A stretch of 64,000 nt of DNA from Planctomycetota bacterium (GCA_965248575.1 CBDFJQ010000002.1:2912001-2976000), one strand, 5' to 3'; shown: positions 9,573-19,238, counted from the stretch's first letter. Program-made: numbers and translations. Notes: generated by a model from the letters alone, not told the origin.

Positions 9573-10131
9573 GGTAGAACCCCTCCACACGCGCGACGGG
9601 TGCGGCCAGGGCGTGCACGGCGCGGGATCGCAGGTCGGCCAGATCCAGACCCATCACCTGCGCAGAGCGCGCCCCGAGTTGCGCCTGCTCCAGGAGTTCG
9701 CAGGCACTGTGCAGGAGGCGCGTCGCGCCGGCATCACTGCCGCGCTCGCGATTGAGGGAGCAGGCCGCCAACTGGATCAGCCCCTTGAGCAGCTGGTGCT
9801 GGACCTCGTCGCGGCCCTCGACCACGTGCCACAGCACTTCCCAGGTCTCGTGGGCTTCCCACCACCAGCCGCGGTTGAAGAGGTCGACACCCGCAAGGAA
9901 GGACGGGCTGTTCTCCCAGTCGCCACGGTGCACGAAGGCGGGGTTGGGTCGTTCGACACCGTGCCCCCATCCGCCCTCGTGGGCGAAGGGATGCGGCGCC
10001 TTGCCCGGCACGAAACGATAAGGCGGAAACTCCGCCCCGGGCGCGTAGCGCTGCGGGCAGTCGGCCGCACCTTCAACGGGTCGTCCCAGGGTCGGGTCCG
10101 CCGGATCGACGGAGGCGGGGGGAACGCTCAT
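9559..10131 (-). CDS. DUF309-family protein
   Basis: GVDLFNRGWWWEAHETWEVLW...KGLIQLAA. Start overlaps the dusB stop (ATGA). Confidence 0.8.
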   Translation of the reverse strand: MSVPPASVDPADPTLGRPVEGAADCPQRYAPGAEFPPYRFVPGKAPHPFAHEGGWGHGVERPNPAFVHRGDWENSPSFLAGVDLFNRGWWWEAHETWEVLWHVVEGRDEVQHQLLKGLIQLAACSLNRERGSDAGATRLLHSACELLEQAQLGARSAQVMGLDLADLRSRAVHALAAPVARVEGFYLRPR

Positions 10132-11318
10132 GAGCAGGAGTCCTGCGGCGGCTCGGATGAGGACGCGCGTTCACGCATGAGGGTTTCCTGGGCACCGAGG
10201 TCCAACCAACCAGAGGGCAGGGAGACCTTTTCCTGGCTGCCCCCTCGCTTCGCGCGCGACACGCGCAAGGACTTCTGGGGGAAGGGCAAATCGGGGTTCA
10301 ACTCAGCGAGGTAACCGCGCATCTCCTCCAGTGAGTTGATGCTCTGCAGCCCCTTGCGCACGAACGACGCGCCGGGGAAACCCTTGGTGTACCAGCTGCT
10401 CCACTTGCGCAGCTCCAGCACGCCCTTGCGCTCACCAAAGAAGTCCACAAGCAGCTGGGCGTGCTCCAGCAGGATGCGCAGCACCTCACCCAGGACGGGC
10501 GGATCCTCGGGCTCGCGACCGTCGAAGGCCTCGGCGAGTTCCCGGAACAGCCACGGCCGCCCCAGGCAGCCGCGACCGATGATCACCCCGTCGCAGCCGG
10601 TCTGGCGCATCATCCGCAGGGCGTCGAAGGCCTCCCAGATGTCGCCGTTGCCCAGCACGGGAATCGTGGAGCGCTGCTTGATCTCGCCCAGGACCTCCCA
10701 GCGCGCCTGGCCGCTGTAGAGCTGGGCAGCGGTCCGGGCATGGACGCCGATCCAGCGCGCGCCCTCGCCCGCCGCCACATCCACGGCTGCCTGCCAGGTG
10801 AGGTGGCCGTCATCCAGCCCGAGCCGGGTCTTCACCGTGACGGGCTTGCCCCCAGCCCCTCGCACGGTGGCGCCAATCACCTGTCGCATGAGTTCAGGCC
10901 GGGCCGGGAGGGCGCTGCCCCCACCCCGGCTCGTGACCTTGCGCACCGGGCAGCCCATGTTGATGTCGATGTGGTCAGCACCGACCTCCTCCACCAGAAA
11001 ACGGGCCGCAGACTCCATTGCCCTGGGATCTGCCCCGAAAATCTGCACGGAACGGATGTCGTCGTCCTGGTCGAAGGAGGCCAGCTGAAGGGTCTTGGCG
11101 TCCCGTTCCGCGAGCCCCCTGGCGTGGACCATTTCGGCGACATACAGCCCAGCGCCCTGCTTGCGACACAGGGACCGGTAGGGCGGGTTGGTGACCCCCG
11201 CCATCGGTGCGAGCACCACGGGGGGCCAGAGCTGGACCCCCTCCGTCAGCGTCAAGGGCCCGAACTCCCCGGGCTCTGCGACGGGAACCGTGGCGTTGAT
11301 GGCGCTGCGCAAAGACAT
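10128..11318 (-). CDS. dusB: tRNA-dihydrouridine synthase
   Basis: LAPMAGVT, DINMGCP, VHART, LGNGDI, GRGCLGRPW. Confidence 0.9.
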   Translation of the reverse strand: MSLRSAINATVPVAEPGEFGPLTLTEGVQLWPPVVLAPMAGVTNPPYRSLCRKQGAGLYVAEMVHARGLAERDAKTLQLASFDQDDDIRSVQIFGADPRAMESAARFLVEEVGADHIDINMGCPVRKVTSRGGGSALPARPELMRQVIGATVRGAGGKPVTVKTRLGLDDGHLTWQAAVDVAAGEGARWIGVHARTAAQLYSGQARWEVLGEIKQRSTIPVLGNGDIWEAFDALRMMRQTGCDGVIIGRGCLGRPWLFRELAEAFDGREPEDPPVLGEVLRILLEHAQLLVDFFGERKGVLELRKWSSWYTKGFPGASFVRKGLQSINSLEEMRGYLAELNPDLPFPQKSLRVSRAKRGGSQEKVSLPSGWLDLGAQETLMRERASSSEPPQDSCS

Positions 11319-11672
11319 CCGCCCATTGTGGCAAAGCCAGCCTCGGCCGGGGGACCCAAAGGCTGGATCTGTTTGGGAAGCCTAGGTGTATCCGCCCTTC
11401 GGGTTTCCTAGGCTCAGAGGGCGTCATAGGTGTCGCCCGGCGGTGTGCACCACGACCCTGGCTGCGGATCCGCAAAAGGACGACCCATCATCCTGGATCC
11501 AAGGCGGCCGCGAGGGCGCTCATCGCCGGCCTCGCCCGTGATCGTTCACGGTCATCGACGGCCAATCCTGGCCGTCAGCCAGCACCATCGAAGTCACACC
11601 AGTACAGACACAAGTTCAGCCCGCGCCGCCTTGTCGGCCCCACCCAGACGGCTCTCACCGGAGATACACCAG

Positions 11673-12563
11673 ATGTTGTTCCGCTCCTCCTTGCGCACCG
11701 TGGGCACCATGGCCTGCGCCGTTGCGCTCACGCTCGCGTTCTCGGTTCCGACAGCTGCTCAGATCCAGAAGCCGAAGAATGCCGTCAAGAGCCTGAAGTC
11801 CCAATCCCAAGGCCTCGTCCAGGACGCCAAGAAGAGCCTGGTGAACACCAAGGTCGTGCTCGGCGCTCAGCTGGCTGGCTTCACCAAGGCCATCGCCAAT
11901 GGCGCCGCCTACAGCCCGGACAAGATCGAGTCGCTCTTCACGGACATCGAGGGCGTGCAGGCGGACATCTCCGAAGCCGTGCAGAACGCGGTGTTGGACA
12001 TGCGCGCCGTGGGCAGCCAACTGCTCACGGACATCAATGGTGGCCTGGTGGACCCGTCCATCGGCATCTACCCGGAGAACTTCTACCGGGGTGACCAGGG
12101 CCATCTCGACGCCTTCCACTTCAACGTGCGCGAGATCGTTCGCAAGTCGCTGAAGCTCACGCGTCATCGGATGCGTCGCCTCGCCAAGAACCTGCGCAAG
12201 AACACCACCGTGCAGGTGACGTCGGTTGTGGGTCCGCGTCTCGCCATGCCCGCACTCGTGATCGGTGAGGGCGTCGTGTCCCCGCTGGAAGAGATGCTCA
12301 TGGTCGACCTGCTCATGGCGCACTCCGACACGAACTTCAACGACGACGGCTTCCTCTACGCCTCGGGCAGCGCCAACGCCACCGAAGGTCCGGTGACCGT
12401 CGAGATCTACGACATCACCGGCCAGGTGGTGGCCAGCCAGCTGTCGCAGCTCAGCCCGCAGAACCGCTGGCTCGTCACCTTCGAAAACATGACCGAAGGC
12501 AACTACCAGGTGCTCGCCACGCAGGGTGTGCACCGCGCGCTGTCGGAGATCGGCGTGCGCTGA
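11673..12563 (+). CDS. Hypothetical secreted protein (helical N-half, beta-rich C-terminus)
   Basis: GGAG RBS, signal peptide ending in ...PTAA|Q, strong third-position GC bias, followed by a terminator. Confidence 0.8.
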   Translation: MLFRSSLRTVGTMACAVALTLAFSVPTAAQIQKPKNAVKSLKSQSQGLVQDAKKSLVNTKVVLGAQLAGFTKAIANGAAYSPDKIESLFTDIEGVQADISEAVQNAVLDMRAVGSQLLTDINGGLVDPSIGIYPENFYRGDQGHLDAFHFNVREIVRKSLKLTRHRMRRLAKNLRKNTTVQVTSVVGPRLAMPALVIGEGVVSPLEEMLMVDLLMAHSDTNFNDDGFLYASGSANATEGPVTVEIYDITGQVVASQLSQLSPQNRWLVTFENMTEGNYQVLATQGVHRALSEIGVR

Positions 12564-12634
12564 TCGTTCTCGAACACACGAGAACCGATCAGCACTGAAA
12601 CGGGCTGGGACGCGAGGCGTTCCAGCCCGTTTTT
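12559..12634 (+). terminator. Tandem hairpins; the second is an intrinsic terminator
   Basis: Hairpin 1 at 12559-12593 (GCTGATCGTTCTCG / CGAGAACCGATCAGC). Hairpin 2 is AAACGGGCTGGGACGC-GAG-GCGTTCCAGCCCGTTTTT at 12598-12634, between convergent genes. Confidence 0.8.
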
Positions 12635-12663
12635 CGTGAGGCCCTCCCCGACGCCGCGCGCCC

Positions 12664-14556
12664 TCAGCGAGGGCAGCTGCCGTCGAGCCCCATGTCGGAC
12701 CATTTGGCCTGGATGGAGTCGAGCAGCTCCGTCGGGTGCTTCTGCTCAGTGGGCCACTCGCGTTCGAAGCCATCCTTGAGCCCCTTGCTCGTGGCGTCGA
12801 TGCCGATCCGCCGCGGGTGCCAGTTGGCCCGTGGTCGCAGCGAAGTGTCCAGCGTCGGGTTGCCCGAGCGATGCACGTCCCGCTCTGGGTCGATGTGCGC
12901 CAAAGCCAACCACAGCAAGCGGGCCGGGTCATCCAGGCGCTCGCCCTTGTCGAGCACCAGCACCCGATCCGTCGCCGGGGAACAGTCCCGTTCAGCGCCG
13001 AGATTCCAGATCTGCTCCATGGTGACCCGGGGCACGCCCGGCGCCGCCTTGTCCACGGTGACCACCACCGCCTGGCCCAAGAGCACCACGGCCTTGTCCA
13101 CGCCGGCCAGGGCACACAGGGTGCTCACCAGCTCCTGCTCGTCGTCCGCACAGCGCTTGGGCCGCGCGGTGCGCTCGTCACAGGAGGGGAACTCCCGGGT
13201 CAGGTCGATGGAGACCTTGCTGCCGTAGTGCAGCGCCCGGCTGGCATGGTCGAGGGTCTCCGTCGGGCCCATCACGAATTCTAGGTCGCGGGAAACATCG
13301 AGCCGCTCCAGCAGCAACTCCATCAATGCCTCATCGTCTCGCAGGTCGGGCCCCTCCTCGTCCACCACCAGGACCACCTTGGTGAACATGGCCTGCCCCG
13401 TCCCCCAGACCGAGTGCGCCACCTTGCGCCCCTGCCCGGGGTAGTCCTTGCGGATCTTCAACATCATCAGATTGTGGAACACGCCCGCGAAGGGCATGTG
13501 CATGTCCAACACCTCGGGCAACAGCTTGCGCTGCAACGGCAAGAAGAGCCGCTCGATGGCCGCCGCCATGTAGCAGTCCTCCTGCGGCGGTGGGCCCACC
13601 ACGGTGGTGTGCCAGATGGCGTCCTTGCGATGGGTGATCGCGGTCACGTGCAGCACACCGTAGTCGTCCGCCAAGCTGTAGAAGCCGGTGTGGTCGCCAA
13701 AGGGCCCCTCGCGTCGTTGCTCATCCACGAGCACGTAGCCCTCGAAGACGAACTCAGCGCAAGCCGGCACCTCCAGGTCCACCGTGCGGCACGGCACCAT
13801 GTCCACCGGCGTGCCTTGCAAGAAGGCGGCAAAGAGCATCTCGTCCACACCGGGCGGCAGGGGTGCCACGGCGGAGAAGACCGTGGCGGGGCTGGCCCCC
13901 ACGGCCACCGCGACTTCGAGCGCCTCGCGCCCCAGGGCCTTGGCCCGGCGCAGGTGCTCGGCAGCTGTGTGATGGGTGTGCACGTGGAAGCCGAGGGTGT
14001 TCTCGTCGTAGCGCTGGAGGCGATACATGCCGCAGTTGCGCGCGCCTGTCTCCGGATCCTTGGTGTACACGAGCGGCAGGGTCACCGTCGGCCCCCCGTC
14101 TTCAGGCCAGGTGCGCAGCATGGGGACCTCCATCAAGTTGATGTCATCCCCTTCGTGCACCACTTCCTGGCAGGCGCCGGCCGCCTTGTGGCGCGGGAAC
14201 AGGCGTGCCAGTCGTGGCAGCAGCTTCAACCCCGCGAGTTTTTCCCGCAGCGAGACCCGCGGCTTCTCGAGCAGGGTCAGGAAGTCGTGGACCAGCGGCT
14301 CCAGCTCAGAGTGCGAGGACACACCGCAGGTCATGAGCATGCGCCGCTCACTGCCTTGGGCATTGATGAGAACGGGAAACCGGCTGCCTGTGACGTTCTC
14401 GAAAAGCAGGGCCTTGTTGGCACCCTCGCCGGCCCGGCTCACCCGGTCCGCGATGGCGGCGATCTCAAGCTCGGTGCTCACCTCGGCGGAAATCCGCACG
14501 AGTTCACCAGCTGCTTCCAGCTGCTTCAGGAACGACCGCAGGTCGGGCTGCTTCAC
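12664..14556 (-). CDS. UbiD-family (menaquinone-pathway-like) decarboxylase, long form
   Basis: DLRSFLKQLE, KALLFENV, RNCGMYRLQ, EGPFGDHTGFY, GPPPQED; duplicated C-terminal IDAT module. Confidence 0.9.
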   Translation of the reverse strand: MKQPDLRSFLKQLEAAGELVRISAEVSTELEIAAIADRVSRAGEGANKALLFENVTGSRFPVLINAQGSERRMLMTCGVSSHSELEPLVHDFLTLLEKPRVSLREKLAGLKLLPRLARLFPRHKAAGACQEVVHEGDDINLMEVPMLRTWPEDGGPTVTLPLVYTKDPETGARNCGMYRLQRYDENTLGFHVHTHHTAAEHLRRAKALGREALEVAVAVGASPATVFSAVAPLPPGVDEMLFAAFLQGTPVDMVPCRTVDLEVPACAEFVFEGYVLVDEQRREGPFGDHTGFYSLADDYGVLHVTAITHRKDAIWHTTVVGPPPQEDCYMAAAIERLFLPLQRKLLPEVLDMHMPFAGVFHNLMMLKIRKDYPGQGRKVAHSVWGTGQAMFTKVVLVVDEEGPDLRDDEALMELLLERLDVSRDLEFVMGPTETLDHASRALHYGSKVSIDLTREFPSCDERTARPKRCADDEQELVSTLCALAGVDKAVVLLGQAVVVTVDKAAPGVPRVTMEQIWNLGAERDCSPATDRVLVLDKGERLDDPARLLWLALAHIDPERDVHRSGNPTLDTSLRPRANWHPRRIGIDATSKGLKDGFEREWPTEQKHPTELLDSIQAKWSDMGLDGSCPR

Positions 14557-14770
14557 GGAGACCTCGTCTCTTCGGGAATGGGAGCGGGATTCTACCGAGT
14601 TGGCCCGTCCGACAAGGAATACCGACAGCGAGCCGATTCTGCCCCAGCGCGTGGATTCTCTCGGCCAGACCCACCTCGTTCGGGCAACATGGAGAGCTCG
14701 GAGCGATGGCGGCACTCCGGCTGCCATCGAGCGCACGTCACCTTGCCCAATCGAACAGGAGATCCAGACC

Positions 14771-15622
14771 GTGGGCCAAGCATGGGATCAGGTGGCAAAG
14801 GCCGCCGACAAGGTAGGCGCCCGCCTCGGCCGGGCACCCATCGGACTGGTGTTGGGCTCCGGGTTGTCGGAGTGCCTGGACAATCTCGAGCACCCTCAGG
14901 TCATGCCCTTCGGCGAGATCCCGGGCATGCCCCGGCCCACCACCGTGGGGCACCCAGGTGCCGTCATCTATGGGTTCCAGAACGACGTCCCTGTGCTCGC
15001 CCTCAGCGGCCGGATCCATATGTATGAGGGTCGCACCGAACGGGAAGTAGCCATGGGGGTTCGTCTTCTCTCCCTGCTCGGTGTACACACCCTTGTCGTC
15101 ACCAGCGCGGTGGGCTCCGTGGACACGACCCTTCTGCCCGGCCACATGATGATCGTCGAAGACCACATCAACATGAGTGGCACGAGCGTCCTCTCCGGAG
15201 AACACGAGGATCGCTTCGGACCGCGGTTCCCAGACATGAGCCGCGCCTATGACCCCGAGCTGATCCGGACGCTGGAAGAGGTCGGCAAGCTGGCCGGGGT
15301 GACCCTCAGCCGCGGCGTCCTGGCCCAATTCCATGGGCCCTCCTATGAGACACCCGCAGAAGTCCGACTGGCCCAGACCGTCGGCGCCCGGGTGGTGAGC
15401 ATGTCGATGGTGCCCGAGGTGCTGGCGGCTCGGCAGCGAGGCATGCGCGTGGCCGGCCTCGCCTGCGTGACCAACCTGGGCTCGGGTCTGCAGAGTGACA
15501 CCCTGAAGCATGACCATGTCCTGGCGGCCAGCGCCCAGCACTCGGCCAACCTGCAGGTCTTGCTGAGTGGTTCACTGCCTCGCCTGGCGGCCTTCGACCA
15601 GACGGGCGCCGGAACGCCGTGA
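14771..15622 (+). CDS. Purine-nucleoside phosphorylase (trimeric type)
   Basis: LVLGSGL, GRIHMYEG, DHINM, GPRFPDMSRAYD, GPSYETPAE, MSMVPE, CVTN. Confidence 0.9.
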   Translation: MGQAWDQVAKAADKVGARLGRAPIGLVLGSGLSECLDNLEHPQVMPFGEIPGMPRPTTVGHPGAVIYGFQNDVPVLALSGRIHMYEGRTEREVAMGVRLLSLLGVHTLVVTSAVGSVDTTLLPGHMMIVEDHINMSGTSVLSGEHEDRFGPRFPDMSRAYDPELIRTLEEVGKLAGVTLSRGVLAQFHGPSYETPAEVRLAQTVGARVVSMSMVPEVLAARQRGMRVAGLACVTNLGSGLQSDTLKHDHVLAASAQHSANLQVLLSGSLPRLAAFDQTGAGTP

Positions 15623-16203
15623 GCGAACGCGCCACGCAGTTTGGGCCCATCTCTCCAGCCAACTCGAGACAACTGTTCGGCCCCGACGAGATCCGTCACG
15701 CGGTGGATCAACTGGGGCTGGCGATCAGGAAGCGCTATGGCACGCGACCGTTGACGGTGGTCGTCGCCCTCAAGGGTGCGCTGGTGTTTTCTGCAGATCT
15801 CATCCGGCGGCTCGACATGCCGGTGCACCTGATGACCGTGACGGCGCGCTCGTATCGAGGCGCCGACACCACCCCTGGAGCGCTGGAGCTCAGCCTGTCC
15901 GACCTGGAGTCGCTCTCTGGGCGCGACGTCCTGATCGTGGACGACATCCTCGATACAGGCCGCACCCTGTCTGCCGTCGCAACCGAACTACGACGGCTTG
16001 GACCCGCGAGCCTCAGCTCCGTGGTCTTGCTGGACAAGCCCTCACGCCGTCAGGTCGACCTGCAGGCCGACTTCGTGGGCTTCACCATCGAAGATCACTT
16101 CGTGGTGGGTTATGGCCTGGACCACGACGGCCTCTACCGGAACCTGCCCTTCATCCTGGCCCTCGAGACCATCGACTCCATCGAGCAGTCCGGCGCGGTG
16201 TGA
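15619..16203 (+). CDS. hpt: Hypoxanthine phosphoribosyltransferase
   Basis: LKGALVF.ADL, VLIVDDILDTGRTL, FVVGYGLD...YRNLPFI. Confidence 0.93.
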   Translation: MSERATQFGPISPANSRQLFGPDEIRHAVDQLGLAIRKRYGTRPLTVVVALKGALVFSADLIRRLDMPVHLMTVTARSYRGADTTPGALELSLSDLESLSGRDVLIVDDILDTGRTLSAVATELRRLGPASLSSVVLLDKPSRRQVDLQADFVGFTIEDHFVVGYGLDHDGLYRNLPFILALETIDSIEQSGAV

Positions 16204-16204
16204 T

Positions 16205-16540
16205 TCAGGCGCCCACCATCTCGATCGGCGCAGGCAAGACCACGAACACGAGGCAGCCTTCTTTCGAGGACGGGGTGTGTAACGAGCCCGGTGGATGCCG
16301 CACGAAGCTCCCGGCACCCCACCGACCGGCACCGTCCTCCAGCACTCCCTCGAGCACCAGGTACTGTTCGCCGAGCGGGTGACGATGCGCCCCGTAGCGC
16401 GCGCCCGGTTCAAACCGCAAGAGCACCGCTGATTCACCGCTCTCCGAATCGAAGCGAAGCTTCTTCCACATCACGCCGGGAGAAGGGCTCTCCCGCCAGG
16501 GCAGTTTCGTGGAGTCCACGAACAGGCTCTCGACATCCAT
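16205..16540 (-). CDS. ChrR-like cupin domain protein
   Basis: LLRFEPGARYGAHRHPLGEQYLVLEG...PPGSLHTPSSKEGC. Confidence 0.85.
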   Translation of the reverse strand: MDVESLFVDSTKLPWRESPSPGVMWKKLRFDSESGESAVLLRFEPGARYGAHRHPLGEQYLVLEGVLEDGAGRWGAGSFVRHPPGSLHTPSSKEGCLVFVVLPAPIEMVGA

Positions 16541-16808
16541 GTGTGCTTTCGACTCCATGCAGGGGGGGGGAGCGCGTCCGAAGGGAGATGCGCCTCAAGC
16601 GTGACGCCGAGTGTCCACCCTGTTCACCCGCTCCACAACGATCAGCGCGAGCGACAAGCGTCCATTTCGCCCGGGGGCGGGCTACCATGGGTTGCGGCGC
16701 GTACGCAGGCGCGACAACACGTGCGGAGATCTCGACGCTTCCCCTGAACACGGCGCACAGTCTCCATTCACCAGACCCCTGCCCCCTCGCTGGGATGAGA
16801 AGCCCGTC

Positions 16809-17825
16809 ATGCGCCCATGGTTCCCGATCGTCTTGCTGGCCAGTGCGTGCCTCGCCTTCGGGGCTTGCTCGAGGGGCGCGTCACAAACGGCAAGCGTCGA
16901 GGCGGCGGCAACATCCGAGACCGAGCAGCAAGCCGCGACAACGGAACCGGAGGCCGACGTCTCCGCCCCCGATCAGCCTGCCGTCGCCACGGATCACTCC
17001 GCCGTTGCCACCGAGGGCATCGAGTTCCAAGCGCGGGCATGGCAGGCCGGCGAGTCCTACACATCGACGACGCGCATGGAGCTGAAGCTCGACGCGGAGA
17101 TCGGGCTGGGCTTCCTCTCGCAGGAGGTCACCTACGTCGCGGAAGAAGAAGAACTGCTGGAAGTGGACGTGCTTGCCGACTCGGCCGAGGGCTCCTTGCA
17201 GCGCACCCTGCACTTCGTCAGCCGCAGCGCCACCAAGACCCTGCCGCTGGTCGGCAAGAAGACCAAGCAGCGTCGCGTCGCGGGGAAGACGTTCAACGTC
17301 ACCTCCACCGGAGAGGGCCACGAAATCCTGAATGTCTCTGGCAAGCCCGTGAACGAGAAGCTCGCACGGGACGTGGGCTTCACCCTGAACATCCTCGGCG
17401 AAGAGCCCGCGCTGTTCTCCCTGTTCGAACGCTCGAAGCCGACGGTGCTCGAAGTGGGCCACGTCCTGGAAATCGAGGGCGATGCTGCGCGCCGCATCGT
17501 GGGCCTCCCTTTCGAGCAGTTGAATATCGATCAGCTGCAGCTGGTCCTGCGCGCACCCACGGATCCCGACAGCCCCCTCGCGAGCTTCGACGCCGAGGCC
17601 GCCTTCTCAGGAAGCATGGAGCTGGGTGAGGGCATGCTGAGCATGAAGGCATCCCTCGACGGTGTCGTGACGGTAGAACGGGACAGCCTGCGCATCATGA
17701 AGGTGAAGCTGAAGGGTCGCGTGAAGGCCAAGCAGGCCCCGGGTGAGACGGGAGGGATGGTCTCGGCCAAGGGCTCAGGGCCGCTCAGCATCCGACGCCA
17801 GATCACCAACGGGAAGGGAACCTGA
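16809..17825 (+). CDS. Hypothetical lipoprotein
   Basis: MRPWFPIVLLASACLAFGAC lipobox, low-complexity Ala/Thr/Glu linker, beta-rich domain. Confidence 0.75.
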   Translation: MRPWFPIVLLASACLAFGACSRGASQTASVEAAATSETEQQAATTEPEADVSAPDQPAVATDHSAVATEGIEFQARAWQAGESYTSTTRMELKLDAEIGLGFLSQEVTYVAEEEELLEVDVLADSAEGSLQRTLHFVSRSATKTLPLVGKKTKQRRVAGKTFNVTSTGEGHEILNVSGKPVNEKLARDVGFTLNILGEEPALFSLFERSKPTVLEVGHVLEIEGDAARRIVGLPFEQLNIDQLQLVLRAPTDPDSPLASFDAEAAFSGSMELGEGMLSMKASLDGVVTVERDSLRIMKVKLKGRVKAKQAPGETGGMVSAKGSGPLSIRRQITNGKGT

Positions 17826-19238
17826 ATGGGTCCAGCACTCTCATGTGTCCTCTTGTTGGGCTGCCTGATTCCGGTGGCCCCAGCCCAGCTGCCCGGCGAT
17901 CCGTCGCTCAGCGTGTTCCCTGCGCGCACGCCGCCCGTGGTGGGCCAGCCCTTCGGCCCGCTTGAGTTGCCGACGCTCAACGGCAGCCAGACCCTCAGCC
18001 TGGAGCTCTATCGTGGGCGGAAGGTCCTGCTGATCGAGTTCGCGTCCTGGTGAGCGGGGTGCCGCCGCCACGTGCCGGTCTGGCACGAACTCACCAAGAC
18101 ATGGCGTGAAGAGGGCCGGCTTGCCCTGCTCGGGATCGCCCAGGAACAACACCCTGAACGCTGCGGGCTGTTCGCCGAATGGAAGGGCTTCGACTGGCCC
18201 ATTCTCTGGGACCCCTTCCACCTCACGGCCTCTCCTGCGGTGCCCAACGTCTTCGCCCTGGATGAGCAGGGCATCGTGCGTGCCATCAACCCCTCGCCTG
18301 AATGGGTACGCGACGAGTTCCTCGACCGGGAGTTCCCGGCACCCACAGGCGATTCCTCATCCCCGCCAGCCTGGCCCGTGCGTCCCGACGAAGGAGCACT
18401 GGGACGCCTGCTCTACGCCCCCGACGGGCCAAACCTCGCAGGCCATTTGGATCAGGCGATCGATGAGCTGAGGGAAGTCGCGCACGAGCACCCCGGAGAC
18501 GGCGCCGCGCAATTCCGGCTGGGCGTGGCGTATCGCATGCGCTTCGACAGCAGTCGCCGCCAGGCCACGGACTTCCAAGCCGCCTTGGACGCCTGGGGAG
18601 CTGCCCTCGCCACGGACCCCAACGTCTACATCTGGCGCCGGCGCATCCAGCAGTACGGCCCGCGCATGGACAAGCCCTACCCGTTCTACTCCTGGGTTGC
18701 AGAGGCGGCCGCGGAGCTGGAGTCACGGGGAGTCCCGGCCCGCCCGTGGACCCGCCAACTCAGTGCAGCCGAGCTGGCCCAACCGCGACGGGACTTCGAG
18801 CCCGGGACGGACCCGGGGCAGGCGCCGGACGAGCGCGGACAGATCCACCGTGCGGGCGACGAATTCGAGCTGGCGACGGCCGTGGCTTGGGATTCGTACG
18901 GACGAGCCCCCTTGGCTCGCGTCCACCTCAACCTCCGGCCACGCCCGGGGAGCGGCGCCCACTGGAACAACCAGGCCGGCCCCCTCCAGGTGTGGTTGGG
19001 CGACCCCGCCCTGCCCGCTGGCACCTCGGTGGAGCAACGCCTGCTGACCTATGGCGGAGTCCCCACCGATGTGGTCTCAGACGAATCGCGGCAGTTGGAG
19101 TTCGAGCTTCGGCTGCCCGAGGGAAGCTCCGAGCCCCTCCCATTAGTGGGCTACGCCCTCTTCAACAGCTGCTCGGATGTGGATGGCACGTGCGTGTATC
19201 GGCGACTCGACTTCGAGTTGGACCTGGACCCGCCGTAG
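17826..19238 (+). CDS. Selenocysteine-containing TlpA/redoxin-like thioredoxin-fold protein with TPR and C-terminal Cys-pair domain (UGA at 18051-18053 read as Sec)
   Basis: ORFs 17826-18053 and 18072-19238 are in the same frame. Readthrough gives RGRKVLLIEFASW-U-AGCRRHVPVW, the WCxxC thioredoxin motif with U as the first redox residue. SECIS-like hairpin follows. Confidence 0.88.
18071..18087 (+). promoter_or_regulatory. Bacterial SECIS-like stem-loop
   Basis: CGTGCC-GGTCT-GGCACG starts after a 17-nt spacer following the UGA. Apical GGUCU matches the E. coli fdhF SECIS loop. Confidence 0.75.

Noticed and set aside
16562..16570. G9 tract as a phase-variation switch for the cupin gene
   Set aside because: It lies upstream of both candidate starts and not demonstrably in a promoter spacer. 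Such runs are plausible by chance at this GC content.
17823..17828. Second Sec/readthrough site fusing the lipoprotein and the selenoprotein (in-frame TGA-ATG)
   Set aside because: No redox-motif context or SECIS-like hairpin at this TGA, and the downstream protein has its own signal peptide.
17826..18053. Pseudogene or nonsense mutation interpretation
   Set aside because: The TGA falls exactly on the catalytic Cys position and is followed by a SECIS-like stem-loop. The downstream frame is intact.
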